A DNA stretch of 64,000 nt from an uncultured delta proteobacterium (GTDB lineage: Bacteria > Desulfobacterota > RBG-13-43-22): positions 96,001-160,000 of the forward strand of contig CAWBOS010000012.1 of the NCBI GenBank assembly GCA_963790475.1. Direction: 5' to 3'. Of this stretch, positions 41,244-51,295 are shown piece after piece. Within the stretch, counting starts at the first letter, position 1. Each line of letters starts with the position of its first letter. A program made the translations under genes and the position numbers. The notes below the pieces were generated by a model. That model did no database searches and was not told where the DNA came from. It saw only the letters and a program-made list of their open reading frames with translations.

Positions 41244-41831
41244 ATGGCTTTTAGATACGATATACGGTTGAGCGGATCCGGGGGCCAGGGGTTGATCCTG
41301 ATGGGCCTGATTCTGGCCGAGGCCATCGGGATCTATGACGGAAAATTTGTGGCCCAGACACAGAGTTACGGACCCGAGGCCCGGGGGGGCATAAGCAAAG
41401 CCGAAGTGGTGGTGAGTGATGTGGAAATAGACTATCCCAAGGCCATGGCCCTGGACCTCCTTCTCTGTATGAATGAAAAGTCCTGCGATGAGTATTACCT
41501 GGACCTGAAACCCGACGGGCTATTAATTGTAGATTCCACCCTGGTCCATCAGGTTCCGGTTCCTGAGGCCTATCAGATTCCCTTTACCCGGATCGCCCGG
41601 GATAAACTGAAAAGGGAAATGGCGGCCAATATCGTTGCCTTGGGGGCCATTACCAAATTGACCGCCATCGTTACGCCCAAGGCCTTGAAGCAGGCCGTGC
41701 TGGCCAGGGCGCCCAGGGGCACGGAGCAGCTGAACCTGGAGGCCTTAAAGGCCGGCATGAGCGCAGCAATGAAAGCCCGAAGGACAAAAGGGACACGAAT
41801 CATCAGAGAGCAGGAAGATGAAGATATCTGA
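41244..41831 (+). CDS. korC: 2-oxoglutarate:ferredoxin oxidoreductase gamma subunit
   Basis: GSGGQG, QSYGPEARGG. Confidence 0.9.
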   Translation: MAFRYDIRLSGSGGQGLILMGLILAEAIGIYDGKFVAQTQSYGPEARGGISKAEVVVSDVEIDYPKAMALDLLLCMNEKSCDEYYLDLKPDGLLIVDSTLVHQVPVPEAYQIPFTRIARDKLKREMAANIVALGAITKLTAIVTPKALKQAVLARAPRGTEQLNLEALKAGMSAAMKARRTKGTRIIREQEDEDI

Positions 41832-41852
41832 GAAAGGTGGGAGAATCCTTTT

Positions 41853-43103
41853 ATGGAATCGTTAAATTCTTTTAAGATCGCCCAGGAGCAGGTGGAAATA
41901 GCCGGCCGGTATCTCCAGGTGGAGAAAGGTGTGCTGGAGATGCTCAAACAGACCAAGCGGGAGGTGATCGTCCATTTCCCGGTTAAAATGGACGATGGCA
42001 AGATGCGGGTCTTTACCGGGTACAGGGTGGTTCACTCTCCGGCCCGGGGTCCGGCCAAAGGAGGTATCCGATATCACCCGGATGTGGATCTGGATGAAGT
42101 GCGGGCCCTGGCGATGTGGATGAGCTGGAAGACGGCGCTGGTCAACATCCCTTTCGGAGGGGCCAAAGGCGGAGTCCAATGTGACGTCAAGACCATGTCG
42201 CTGAAGGAAGTGGAGAATATGACCCGCCGTTTTACCTGGGAGATAGCCCCTTTTATCGGGCCGGAAAGCGATATCCCGGCCCCCGATGCCTACACCAATC
42301 CCCAGGTCATGTCCTGGATTATGGATACCTACAGTATCCTCAAAGGATATTCTGTTCCCGGGGTGGTTACCGGAAAACCGATTGAATTGGGCGGCTCTGT
42401 TGGCCGGTTGGAAGCGACGGGGAAAGGGGTTTTTATTACAGCCACCGAGGCCGCCCGTCATATCGGGCTATCCATCAATGGGGCCAGGGTTGTAATCCAG
42501 GGGGCCGGCAATGTGGGTGGGGTAGCCGCCCAATTTTTCCATTCGGCGGGAGCCAAGGTGGTGGCCATCAGCGATTCCAAAGGAGGACTTTACAACCCCA
42601 AGGGACTGGATATCCCCAATGCCCTGGCCTGCAAGCAGCAGTATCAGTGTTTCCTGACGGAACAAGTGAATTCCGTTAAGGTGACCAATGAGGAATTACT
42701 GGAATTGAAATGCGACATTTTGGTCCCTTCGGCCCTGGGCAATCAAATCAACGCGGAGAAGGCCTCCAAACTTGACTGCCGGATGGTGGTGGAAGGGGCC
42801 AACGGTCCGACCACCCCGGAGGCTGATAACATCCTCTATGACCGGGGGATTTTTTTGGTTCCGGATATCCTGGCCAATGCCGGTGGAGTCACCGTTTCTT
42901 ATTTCGAATGGGTCCAGAACCTGCAGGAACTTCTGTGGAGTGAAGAGGAAGTAGCCGATCGTCTGCAAAGGATCATGACCAAGGCCTTCAGGGAAACACT
43001 GGCGATCTCCCAAACAGAAAGGGTCCATATGCGTACGGCCGCTTATATCTTAGGTGTGGGCCGGGTGGCCAAGGCCGTACAACTTCGTGGGATCTACCCC
43101 TGA
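41853..43103 (+). CDS. gdhA: Glutamate dehydrogenase (Glu/Leu/Phe/Val family)
   Basis: GPAKGGIRYH, GGAKGG, DIPAPD, VTGKP, GAGNVG, PDILANAGGVTVSYFEWVQN. Confidence 0.92.
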   Translation: MESLNSFKIAQEQVEIAGRYLQVEKGVLEMLKQTKREVIVHFPVKMDDGKMRVFTGYRVVHSPARGPAKGGIRYHPDVDLDEVRALAMWMSWKTALVNIPFGGAKGGVQCDVKTMSLKEVENMTRRFTWEIAPFIGPESDIPAPDAYTNPQVMSWIMDTYSILKGYSVPGVVTGKPIELGGSVGRLEATGKGVFITATEAARHIGLSINGARVVIQGAGNVGGVAAQFFHSAGAKVVAISDSKGGLYNPKGLDIPNALACKQQYQCFLTEQVNSVKVTNEELLELKCDILVPSALGNQINAEKASKLDCRMVVEGANGPTTPEADNILYDRGIFLVPDILANAGGVTVSYFEWVQNLQELLWSEEEVADRLQRIMTKAFRETLAISQTERVHMRTAAYILGVGRVAKAVQLRGIYP

Positions 43104-43116
43104 TCCGGTTAAGCAG
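43089..43116 (+). repeat. 28-bp direct repeat spanning the gdhA stop; second copy at 50038-50065
   Basis: GGGATCTACCCCTGATCCGGTTAAGCAG versus GGGATCTACTCCTGATCCGGTTAAGCAG (1 mismatch). Confidence 0.85.
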
Positions 43117-43124
43117 GAAATCGG

Positions 43125-43178
43125 GGGACGCCATATCTGTTTAATGTTTTCTTGGTTGAAATATAAGTATGGCGTCCC
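43125..43178. repeat. REP-like inverted repeat
   Basis: GGGACGCCATA…TATGGCGTCCC. Confidence 0.6.
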
Positions 43179-43190
43179 TCGATTTTGCAC

Positions 43191-43805
43191 CTATTTTAAT
43201 CCCGACTTTTTAATAATCTCTTTTAAGAACTTGGGGGCCTTCCCAAATCCCCCTTCCTGAAAGAAAAATTTTTCCAGAAGGCCTTGGTCATTCAGCCTGA
43301 TTCCAATAAAAGTAGGAGTGCCTTTCACTCCGAAAGTATTGCCGATATCGCTGTTCTGATCGGGTAAAAGAGGGAAAGTCACCTGGTATTCCTGTTTGAA
43401 TAAATTGATTTCATCCTGACTGTCACCAATACCGATGCCGATAATCTTTATTTTATCTTTTAGGTCAGCCCTTTCTTGTATGTTGCGGTAAAGGTTGTTT
43501 ACCAGGGGAGCTTCATGCTGGCAATGAGGGCAATAAGAATTTAGTATCTCAATAATCAAAACTTTGGTTTTGATTTGATTTAATTTGAACGTCCCGGAAT
43601 CCTCAAGTCCCAAATAGGTCCTGTCCTGATCACTTTGAGGATTAGAAAGTTCAAGGGCGTAAATTTTCTTGTTTTTATCTTTCGCTGGTTTTATTGATTC
43701 TCCAGAGGTTCCAGCAGCCTCGATCCCTTTGGAAAACAGACAGGACAAAAGGAAAACAAAGCCAATAAGAATAAGGAATAATAGTCTGGCGTTATTTTTA
43801 TTCAT
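43191..43805 (-). CDS. TlpA-like thioredoxin-fold protein, exported or membrane-anchored
   Basis: N-terminal hydrophobic segment, YCPHC, FPLLPD, GTPTF. Confidence 0.85.
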   Translation of the reverse strand: MNKNNARLLFLILIGFVFLLSCLFSKGIEAAGTSGESIKPAKDKNKKIYALELSNPQSDQDRTYLGLEDSGTFKLNQIKTKVLIIEILNSYCPHCQHEAPLVNNLYRNIQERADLKDKIKIIGIGIGDSQDEINLFKQEYQVTFPLLPDQNSDIGNTFGVKGTPTFIGIRLNDQGLLEKFFFQEGGFGKAPKFLKEIIKKSGLK

Positions 43806-44365
43806 ACCCAATTCCTTTCCTTGGTCTTAGAACCGATATCAGCAAAGTATCGAACTATTGGGTTCATCTCCGTCTTGGATTAGGTTCTTCCAAATTCAAG
43901 ATAACATTTGAAGATGCCTTGTATTACATGATGGTATGGCTTTCTGATCTTTATTTAATTTTCCGGCAAATGATCTAAAAAATATATACTGCAAGAACTG
44001 TATATGGGAAAGAATTAAACTGTATTTTTATCGGTGAGATCTTTGTAAATAAAAAGCAAGGGTCAGTCTCCGCTTGACTTCTGATTGTGATTCTTGCCTT
44101 TCCTCCTTTTTCCTCCTTGACCGTGTCTTTTTCGTTCCTTATCCTCTTAACATCAATAAGGGAATCCTTACCGAAGAGGTCATATGGCCCGGATCTTCGA
44201 TATTCCAAGACGCCCGGGGCTTGCTGCAGCGGCTGAAGGACATTAAATAATTCCGGAGACCGGGGGGCAGGTCTATTTCCTTTGCCTTCAATTTTTTCTT
44301 CACTTAATCCTCCCGGTTCACACCAAAACCTGACTGAAGAGTGCCTAGTCGTGAGAGAAATGGAT

Positions 44366-45367
44366 TCAGTTTCCAGCAAAGACCCCATTTGCCCGGACTT
44401 CTTCCTCAGTCGGCAAATCTTTTGTCCAATTAACAAGGATACGAACGAACAGGCCCGGGTCCTGGAGATGCATATTATGACCCATATCAGGTATATTGAT
44501 ACGCGAGAAGGGCTGCCCCGCTTTCTTCACCAGGGCCTCAACCCGGTCGATCTGGCGGAGGGTAGCAGCACCGGCAGGGCTGCCTGTCGCTTCATCGATT
44601 CTCCATAAATGGTGGGTGAAGAGCACCGGACATTTGACCCTGGCCAGCATACGCGCATGGTCGCAGGAGGCGCCCACACTGCCTGATAAAAAGGCTTTAC
44701 CCCATTCGGGATCGTATTCTTTCATGTTTCGTGGCGGTTCGGTTTTAAATTTTTCATAGTTGGCCAGAAATGACTCCAGGCGGTTGGCCGGTAGCAAATC
44801 CAGCGCGGCCTTCAACATCCCCTCCCAATCCCCGACGCACCACTGATCTCCAAGGTACTTGCTGTATAACTCAAAAACCGGTCCGGCGCCCTCTCTGATC
44901 GACGGCCCATAGGCGGGGTTAATTTCGGAAGAAAACAAAGGAGGATCTTCGTAGTGAGTCCCGCGTATCATCCCCGGAGGGGCATACGCCGACAGCCAGG
45001 CGGCAACGACGCCTCCCGAGGACAAGCCGCTGACCACAACCGGCCGCTTTACGGCAAAGATTATCAATTTTACAATGTCGTTTCCAAAATTGTCGAAGGT
45101 GTAGCGTCCTGGCGTCCGGCTTGACCGCCCCTGTCCGCGCAAGTCAACGGCAAAGGACTGAAAATGGCTGGCCAGCAACTCCATAGCCGGCTCATATCCC
45201 CACCATGATTCCGTTTGGCCGGGAATCAGCACCAGAGCCGGCTTATCGGGGGAGCCGTTTACTGCATAATTAATAAGAGTATCGCCCGTATCGAATAGGC
45301 GTTCTTCATACCGGTGTGGTTTATAGGTGATATCCGGAAAATCAGGCCCATATCTTTTTCTTGACAT
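44366..45367 (-). CDS. Alpha/beta hydrolase, ZenA (zearalenone lactonase)-like
   Basis: PGQTESWWGYE, VDLRGQGRS, GLSSGG nucleophile, LGDQW, KEYDPEWG, GHNMH. Confidence 0.85.
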   Translation of the reverse strand: MSRKRYGPDFPDITYKPHRYEERLFDTGDTLINYAVNGSPDKPALVLIPGQTESWWGYEPAMELLASHFQSFAVDLRGQGRSSRTPGRYTFDNFGNDIVKLIIFAVKRPVVVSGLSSGGVVAAWLSAYAPPGMIRGTHYEDPPLFSSEINPAYGPSIREGAGPVFELYSKYLGDQWCVGDWEGMLKAALDLLPANRLESFLANYEKFKTEPPRNMKEYDPEWGKAFLSGSVGASCDHARMLARVKCPVLFTHHLWRIDEATGSPAGAATLRQIDRVEALVKKAGQPFSRINIPDMGHNMHLQDPGLFVRILVNWTKDLPTEEEVRANGVFAGN

Positions 45368-45491
45368 AAATCACCTCCTTGGTTAATAGGACGCCGGTAA
45401 CGTCGGTTCGAAATCTCCTGGTCACGATCTACCCTTAGCACCCCCACGCCTTTTCAGTCAACTTATTACCTTCGTCGCGTTCCTTTTCCCG

Positions 45492-45643
45492 AAGGTGGAA
45501 GAGGTATTTATTACACGTCAAAGGAAACCGGCGGCCGTGGTGATTAAATTTCATAGGGAGGACGACTGGTTCGACTGTAAAATGGAGCATGGAGAAGAAT
45601 TTCTCAACAGAGATTTGTAAAACTGGACGAATTGCCCGATTGA
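45492..45643 (+). pseudogene. Phd/YefM-type antitoxin remnant
   Basis: KVEEVFITRQRKPAAVVIKFHREDDWFDCKMEH…RFVKLDELPD*; no start codon, internal deletion. Confidence 0.75.
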
Positions 45644-45671
45644 ATAAGTTGTTTTAGCACCAGGTTCCCCA

Positions 45672-45700
45672 TAAAAGTGCAACAGTATAGACCTGACCCC
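45672..45700 (+). repeat. REP-like repeat AAAAGTGCAACAGTATAGACCTGACCCC
   Basis: Copies at 49862-49890 and 52724-52750; split by the IS at 28892/30253; partial inverted copy at 44255-44275. Confidence 0.85.
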
Positions 45701-45735
45701 AGAGCCACGGCCCGCCGTAAAAAGGGGAGGCTGTC

Positions 45736-47451
45736 TTAAATCTTCACCGCCGGTGGCTGATATTCACCGAAGACCTCTCGAAGAACATGACAGATTTCGC
45801 CAACGCTGGCATAAGCCTTTACGGCATCGAGGATAAAGGGAAAAAGATTCACCGACTCATCCTGAGCTTCTTGGCCGAGCCGCTTCAGGGTTATCTTAAC
45901 CTGGGTGTTGTCTCGCTCCCGCTTGACCCTGGCCAGGTTGGCAATCTGCTTTTGCTCCGCTTCTTCTCTTCTCGCGGGATCGTAGGGATGAAGCAGCATT
46001 CGGTTGGTGGTTACTTCAAGTTCATTCTCGCCGGTGAACCGATTCACCCCGACGAGGGTCCGTTCACCGTTTTCAATTTCCCGTTGGTACTGAAGAGCAC
46101 TCCTGGTAATCTCACTCTGCATATATCCATTCTCTATGGCGGCCACGGCACCCCCCATGGCCTCGATCTTATCCAGTATCTCCCAACTCTCGGCCTCGAC
46201 CTCGTCCGTCAAGGCCTCCACATAATAAGAACCGGCCAATGGGTCCAGAACGTCACCCAATTTGGATTCGAAAAGTATGATGCGCATGGCATCACGATTG
46301 AGTTGATGGGCCTCAAGGCTGTGCCCCAGTCCCAGGGGTTCATCGTAAGGGAAGCCCGTGCCGGGAAGGCCCCCCGTTATCGCTCCGGCCACACCGCCGA
46401 TGACCGACCGGACAAGGTTGTTCAGGGGACGCTGCACCGTCTTGGTAAATTCCCCTATGCTGGCGCCGACATTGGTTCTAAGAATCCAGCTTCTGGGGTC
46501 TTTAGCCCCAAATCTTTCCCGCATAATCCTGGCCCACATCCTTCGTCCGGCCCTGACCTGGGCAATCTGCCTGAAAAACTCCGGTCCCCCGCCAAAGATA
46601 TTAAAATGAAATCGGGGAACAAAATTATCCACATCCAGGCCGGCATCCAGACCGGTTTGTATGTAGGCGATGCCGTTGGCAGAGGTAAAGGCCAGCTCCT
46701 GGGCCAGGGTGGCGCCGGCGTGACGAATGTGATACCCGCAGATCTGAATCGTGCCGGCCTGGGGAAGACGCTCACTGCAATAGGTGAGGGTGTCCCTGAT
46801 CATCCTCATGGATGGCTTGGGTGGAAAAATATAGGTGCCGCGAGCCACGAATTCCTTTAAAATATCGTTCTGCGTGCTGACATTGAGTGCCTCTAAAGGT
46901 ACTCCCCTTTTCTCGGCCAGGGCGACATACATGGCTAGAATCACATTGGCCGGTGCGTTGATGGTGAAGCTGCTTCTTACCTTGGAAAGATCCTCCGGAA
47001 AGGCTTCAAAAACAACTTCCATATCCCTTAAGGTATCCATAGCGATTCCCGTCTTTCCTACCTCCCCTTCTGACATGGGATCGTCGGAATCATAGCCACA
47101 CTGCGTGGGGAGGTCAAAGGGCAGGCTCGGCGTTCGCTTTTGTCCACGAGAGGTCATGTCCAGGTAATAATCTCTGGTATCCTCCGGGGTTCCATAGCCG
47201 GAATAACCGCGGGCCCACATGAGCTCTGTGTTTTCATCAATAAGGGAAGTAGCGTATATACCGGAGGTGAATGGATATTCACCGGGGAACCCAACCTTTT
47301 CAATGAAATCATGTCCCTTGATATCAAGCGGTGTGTAGAACCGGTTCCGGGTTTCCGTGCGCCCCACTCTTTTCAGAGTACGCTTGAGGGTCCCCTCCTC
47401 CCATTCTTTCTTCTTGGCTTCGATCCTTTCCAGCGTCTTTTCATCGCCCAT
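45736..47451 (-). CDS. Divergent B12-dependent acyl-CoA mutase large subunit
   Basis: GFPGEYPFT, FDLPTQ.GYDSD, QNDILKEF, GYHIR, DPLAGSYYVE; no DxHxxG B12-binding domain. Confidence 0.9.
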   Translation of the reverse strand: MGDEKTLERIEAKKKEWEEGTLKRTLKRVGRTETRNRFYTPLDIKGHDFIEKVGFPGEYPFTSGIYATSLIDENTELMWARGYSGYGTPEDTRDYYLDMTSRGQKRTPSLPFDLPTQCGYDSDDPMSEGEVGKTGIAMDTLRDMEVVFEAFPEDLSKVRSSFTINAPANVILAMYVALAEKRGVPLEALNVSTQNDILKEFVARGTYIFPPKPSMRMIRDTLTYCSERLPQAGTIQICGYHIRHAGATLAQELAFTSANGIAYIQTGLDAGLDVDNFVPRFHFNIFGGGPEFFRQIAQVRAGRRMWARIMRERFGAKDPRSWILRTNVGASIGEFTKTVQRPLNNLVRSVIGGVAGAITGGLPGTGFPYDEPLGLGHSLEAHQLNRDAMRIILFESKLGDVLDPLAGSYYVEALTDEVEAESWEILDKIEAMGGAVAAIENGYMQSEITRSALQYQREIENGERTLVGVNRFTGENELEVTTNRMLLHPYDPARREEAEQKQIANLARVKRERDNTQVKITLKRLGQEAQDESVNLFPFILDAVKAYASVGEICHVLREVFGEYQPPAVKI

Positions 47452-47745
47452 GCTCTCACTCCTTCTCTTGAACCCCAGAGTTTTTTTTGGATTTCTCCCG
47501 GCTCTTTTGATATAACTTTCCTTTTTCAGGCAACCGGCATTAGGGCCAGGGTCCGGCATAAGAAATTGTATTTGACAAAGAGTAATTTCTAAAAAAGACT
47601 AAAATGGCATCCCATTAATGTCTTTATTTTTCTTTGAATCTTATTCTTTCTCTTGACAGGGACAATATAGAATGTCCCCCCCGAGGTTCCATTATTTCCA
47701 AGCACCTTCTGCCCGAACGACCCCTATTCTCCCCGGGTCGTGAAG

Positions 47746-48534
47746 TTACTTCATTTTTTTTATTTCTTCGACGATTTTCGGTAAGATTTCGCCGGTCTTG
47801 CCCTGAATGAGGTAGTCGGAAATGCCCTCCTGCGTAAGTGGCGTCGGTTCGGCGTTTACCTCAATAATGATGGCCTTTCCCCTATACCTGGTCACCCGCG
47901 GCAGACTGGCAAAGGGATAGACAACCCCGGAAGTCCCGCAAATAAGCATTAGATCGCATTTTTCCGCTTCTTCCAGGCTTCTCTGGGCCACGTAAGACGG
48001 GATCGGTTCTCCAAAAGCCACCCCATCACTCTTTACCAGGCCACCACACTTGGGACATTTGGGAGGAAGCCTGTCTTCATTCAACATGACCGTTAAATCG
48101 AATTGATCCCGAGGAAATCGCGCGGAACAGGATATGCATCTTAATTTCAAAGAATTACCATGATACTCCAACAGATTTCGATTCCCCGCTTTTTCATGAA
48201 GCGCATCGACGTTTTGAGTGATGACGCACTTTAGAACACCCAGTGTTTCCAGCATCGCCAGGGCATAGTGCCCCTTATTCGGTTTGGACGCTTCCAAATT
48301 CCCCAACACACTCGGAGTTGTCAACCTCTCTTTCCAATATTCCTTGGGGTCTTCAAGAAATTTCTCATAGCTCTTATAGGCCCTGCGTTCCCTATCAGGA
48401 TTTTTTGTCCAAACCCCTGATGGCCCCCTGAAATCCGGTATCCCGGATTCCGTTGACATCCCGGCACCGGTCAGGGCGATGGCATACCTGGAATCGACCA
48501 AATTCCTGGCAGCCCTTTTGATCACCTCTTCCAT
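47746..48534 (-). CDS. Sir2/CobB NAD-dependent protein deacylase
   Basis: GAGMSTESGIPDFRG, TQNVDALH, HG, CxxC…CxxC, GTSGVVYP. Confidence 0.93.
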   Translation of the reverse strand: MEEVIKRAARNLVDSRYAIALTGAGMSTESGIPDFRGPSGVWTKNPDRERRAYKSYEKFLEDPKEYWKERLTTPSVLGNLEASKPNKGHYALAMLETLGVLKCVITQNVDALHEKAGNRNLLEYHGNSLKLRCISCSARFPRDQFDLTVMLNEDRLPPKCPKCGGLVKSDGVAFGEPIPSYVAQRSLEEAEKCDLMLICGTSGVVYPFASLPRVTRYRGKAIIIEVNAEPTPLTQEGISDYLIQGKTGEILPKIVEEIKKMK

Positions 48535-48613
48535 CTTTACCTCCCCCCCCTTATTTTGAATCGCTTCAACCGGACCCCAAAACTAAAAGAAAAGATCACT
48601 TAAGAAATAGACA

Positions 48614-49054
48614 TCATTGAGGTATGATTACCTGTGCTTTACCCACAGCTACTTTATCTCCATCCTGATCAGTGGCCCACAATTCTACTGCCACAAAATC
48701 TTTTCCTTTCTTCACCGGGTGGAGTTCGGACACATCGCCGCCATAGGTACAAGTTGAACCTACCGGTACGGGCTTAATCAGTTTGGCCTCAAAGGCCTTC
48801 ATGGTTCCGCCGGAAGAATAGGCCCAGTTAGTAATAACCTTGGTTAAGAGAGAAAGCGTCATTTGCCCATGCTGCACGGTTTCAGGAATACCAAACACTT
48901 GTGATTTCCGGCACCATTCAGGCGAACAATGAACCGGATTCATATCGAGCGAAGCTACCGCAAAGTGCCAAATATCTTCCTGACTCAAATGCTGCTGGAC
49001 TGTAGGTAATTTATCCCCGCATTTTATCGATTCAAAAGTAAGTCTGTTTTCCAT
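48614..49054 (-). CDS. MaoC-family dehydratase (catalytic-type)
   Basis: DMNPVH…HG hot-dog hydratase motif. Confidence 0.85.
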   Translation of the reverse strand: MENRLTFESIKCGDKLPTVQQHLSQEDIWHFAVASLDMNPVHCSPEWCRKSQVFGIPETVQHGQMTLSLLTKVITNWAYSSGGTMKAFEAKLIKPVPVGSTCTYGGDVSELHPVKKGKDFVAVELWATDQDGDKVAVGKAQVIIPQ

Positions 49055-49103
49055 TTTTTGATCCTTCCAGAATGATTGAGTTTTGCAGAATATCCATTAT
49101 GGC

Positions 49104-49691
49104 TCAGGCTTCCAGAGCATGCTCTCCCTTTAAAAATCTCAGGACATCGGCCTTGGTCCTGGGCAAAATTAAAGTACTATAGTATATCATTTTCAGGTTT
49201 CCAAATTGATCGTAGATCCGGGACAAGGCTCTCATATAGTATTTCCCTCTCTTGATCCATTTATCATAGCTGGTCAATTTAAGGGTCAGTATATCTCCCA
49301 CCCTTAGGGGGTCATAATACTCGATGATTTGTCCCGGGTTTCTGGCCCCTGGGGTCCTATTCCAACTGCCATGTCCTCCTCCCTGTAAAAGATAAAACCT
49401 GATCTGAGTAACAAAGAGAGGGTGGGCCACGATCCCGTCATGGCCGCATTTTTTGGCATATTCCTCATCATAAAAAATGGGATTATCGTCAGGGACCCCG
49501 GCGGCAAAGGCTTTCAGGTCTTCGGCTTTCACTTCAAATTTGGTGGGTATTTCACTCTCCTCACCAATTTGTATCTCATCCCAGAATTCATATTTATCGA
49601 TCTGGCTTGGATCAAGAAAATCAGGGGTAAAATCTTTCTGTTTTTGTGTTGTGTAATATTTAGCCATTTCTTCCATGTAATCCATATTCAT
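49104..49691 (-). CDS. MaoC/FAS1-like dehydratase partner subunit
   Basis: DDNPIFYDEEYAK…GIVAHP, PLRVGDIL. Confidence 0.8.
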   Translation of the reverse strand: MNMDYMEEMAKYYTTQKQKDFTPDFLDPSQIDKYEFWDEIQIGEESEIPTKFEVKAEDLKAFAAGVPDDNPIFYDEEYAKKCGHDGIVAHPLFVTQIRFYLLQGGGHGSWNRTPGARNPGQIIEYYDPLRVGDILTLKLTSYDKWIKRGKYYMRALSRIYDQFGNLKMIYYSTLILPRTKADVLRFLKGEHALEA

Positions 49692-50081
49692 CTCCTTTTT
49701 AAAAATTGATTGCCTTCCTCTCCTCCATCATACACATCTTTGGGCTCTATTGTACCATTTTTCAAGCGTCCGTCAAACTGGGGAAGGTTCATTCTATCCT
49801 CCTTTTTGAGAGGTTCATTAAACTTATTGGTTGGGGCAAGGAGTCACCCATTACCAAGCACAAAAGTGCAACAGTATAGACCTGACCCCCGGTCCCCCAC
49901 TTTTGACTTTTGATTGTGATTCCGGAAGAGAAAGAATAGGATCGGAGCCCTGAAGAGGCAATATAATCTGAGGTTTCAAAAGATACAAGATTTATAAGGA
50001 AGGGCTTAAGATAGGTCAACGGAGACCCCTTTTCCTGGGGATCTACTCCTGATCCGGTTAAGCAGAAAAACCAAGGCTCGG

Positions 50082-50233
50082 AAATCGGCGGCCGTGCTGA
50101 TTGGATTTCATGACCAGGATGATTAGTCCGACTATAAAATGGAGCATGATGAAAAATTTCTGGGCAGAATTGCAAAGGCAAGAGAAGAAATCAGGCAGGG
50201 AGATTTGCAGAACTGGACGAATTGCCCGAGTGA
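50082..50233 (+). pseudogene. Phd/YefM-type antitoxin remnant
   Basis: KSAAVLIGFHDQDD*SDYKMEHDEKFLGRIAKAREEIRQG/RFAELDELPE* with an in-frame stop and a frameshift. Confidence 0.8.
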
Positions 50234-50339
50234 ATAGGTTGTCTTAACTCCGGCTTCCCGTCTTACGGGAAACCCTTTTCTTTGGACTTTTGTATTATTA
50301 TATGTATAATTCTATATATTTTAGCAAAGGAGTTTAGTC

Positions 50340-50621
50340 ATGCAGGTCGAGACCGAACGGATGATTCCCATCACTGAGCTGCAAAAGGAGCTTACCGGGA
50401 AATTAAGAGAATTATCCAATAACGAGGAGCCTCTCTTTGTCATGAGGAATAACTCGTTGGCCGCCGTAATCATTTCACCCTCCGAATATGAACTTCTTAA
50501 AGAGGCGGAAAACATTCTGGAACATTTCGAGATGGCGGAGATGATTGATCGGAGGCTAAAAAATCACAAACGGGCTCACAATATTCCTTGGGGAAAAGTG
50601 AAGGCTAAACGTGGCCTTTAA
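50340..50621 (+). CDS. Phd/YefM family antitoxin
   Basis: MIPITELQK…PLFVMRNN…AAVIISPSEYE; overlaps the toxin gene. Confidence 0.85.
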   Translation: MQVETERMIPITELQKELTGKLRELSNNEEPLFVMRNNSLAAVIISPSEYELLKEAENILEHFEMAEMIDRRLKNHKRAHNIPWGKVKAKRGL

Positions 50622-50928
50622 AATTGAATTTCTTCCTGAGGCAGTTAAGGATTTCGACCGGCTTGGCGGTTCAGTCCGAAAAGAGGTAGCCAAAAAGATC
50701 GATGCCCTTTCGGAAAATCCATTTCTCGGAAAACCTCTCGGAAATAAAACGGGTTTGAACCTCACAGGATTTTTCAAACTCTATGCGGCCAAAAAGAAAA
50801 TCCGCATAGTGTACCGTCTCTTAAAGGATTACCTGGAAGTCGTGGAAATCATCGGGATCGGGAAAAGGGAGAAGGAGGAAGTTTATCAATTAATTTTAAG
50901 GCGTATTCAGGCCTTTCAGAAAAAATAG
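50611..50928 (+). CDS. RelE/ParE family toxin
   Basis: IEFLPEAVKDF, NPFLGKPL, RIVY, IGKRE. Confidence 0.88.
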   Translation: MAFKIEFLPEAVKDFDRLGGSVRKEVAKKIDALSENPFLGKPLGNKTGLNLTGFFKLYAAKKKIRIVYRLLKDYLEVVEIIGIGKREKEEVYQLILRRIQAFQKK

Positions 50929-51295
50929 CCCTCTGAACATTCTTAATAAAGGAGGGGGCGGCCGGCCTCTTTTTTTTTGTCAATTCGTTACTGTTTTAGG
51001 CTTTCGGGAGAGGTGATTAAGCTCTGGGAATTGGGCAAATTCTTGGAGGGAAATGCTCAAGGGAAATCAACTATTGAAATATTTGAGGTCGTCCCCTATA
51101 TCACGATATCCCTGACACATTAACTTTTGAAATTTCAGCAAGGGTGAAGAGGTTGGAAACAAGGGGGCAGTTCTAACACGTCCTTGCCCTGCAAGAAAAT
51201 TGCTCTTTCTTGCCTACGGAGATCCTTATTCTCTTGACGGTGGCCTTTTAATGGGTGACCCCATTGGTTAGGTGTATTCGGGAAAGACCGCCTCT

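Noticed and set aside
43975-44436. 153-aa minus-strand ORF
   Set aside because: Overlaps the hydrolase end, crosses a REP-like motif, and has no RBS or motif.
45787-46860. 357-aa + strand ORF, and similar long antisense ORFs at 5072, 26711, 27392 and 39368
   Set aside because: Antisense shadows of well-supported genes, with no motifs of their own.
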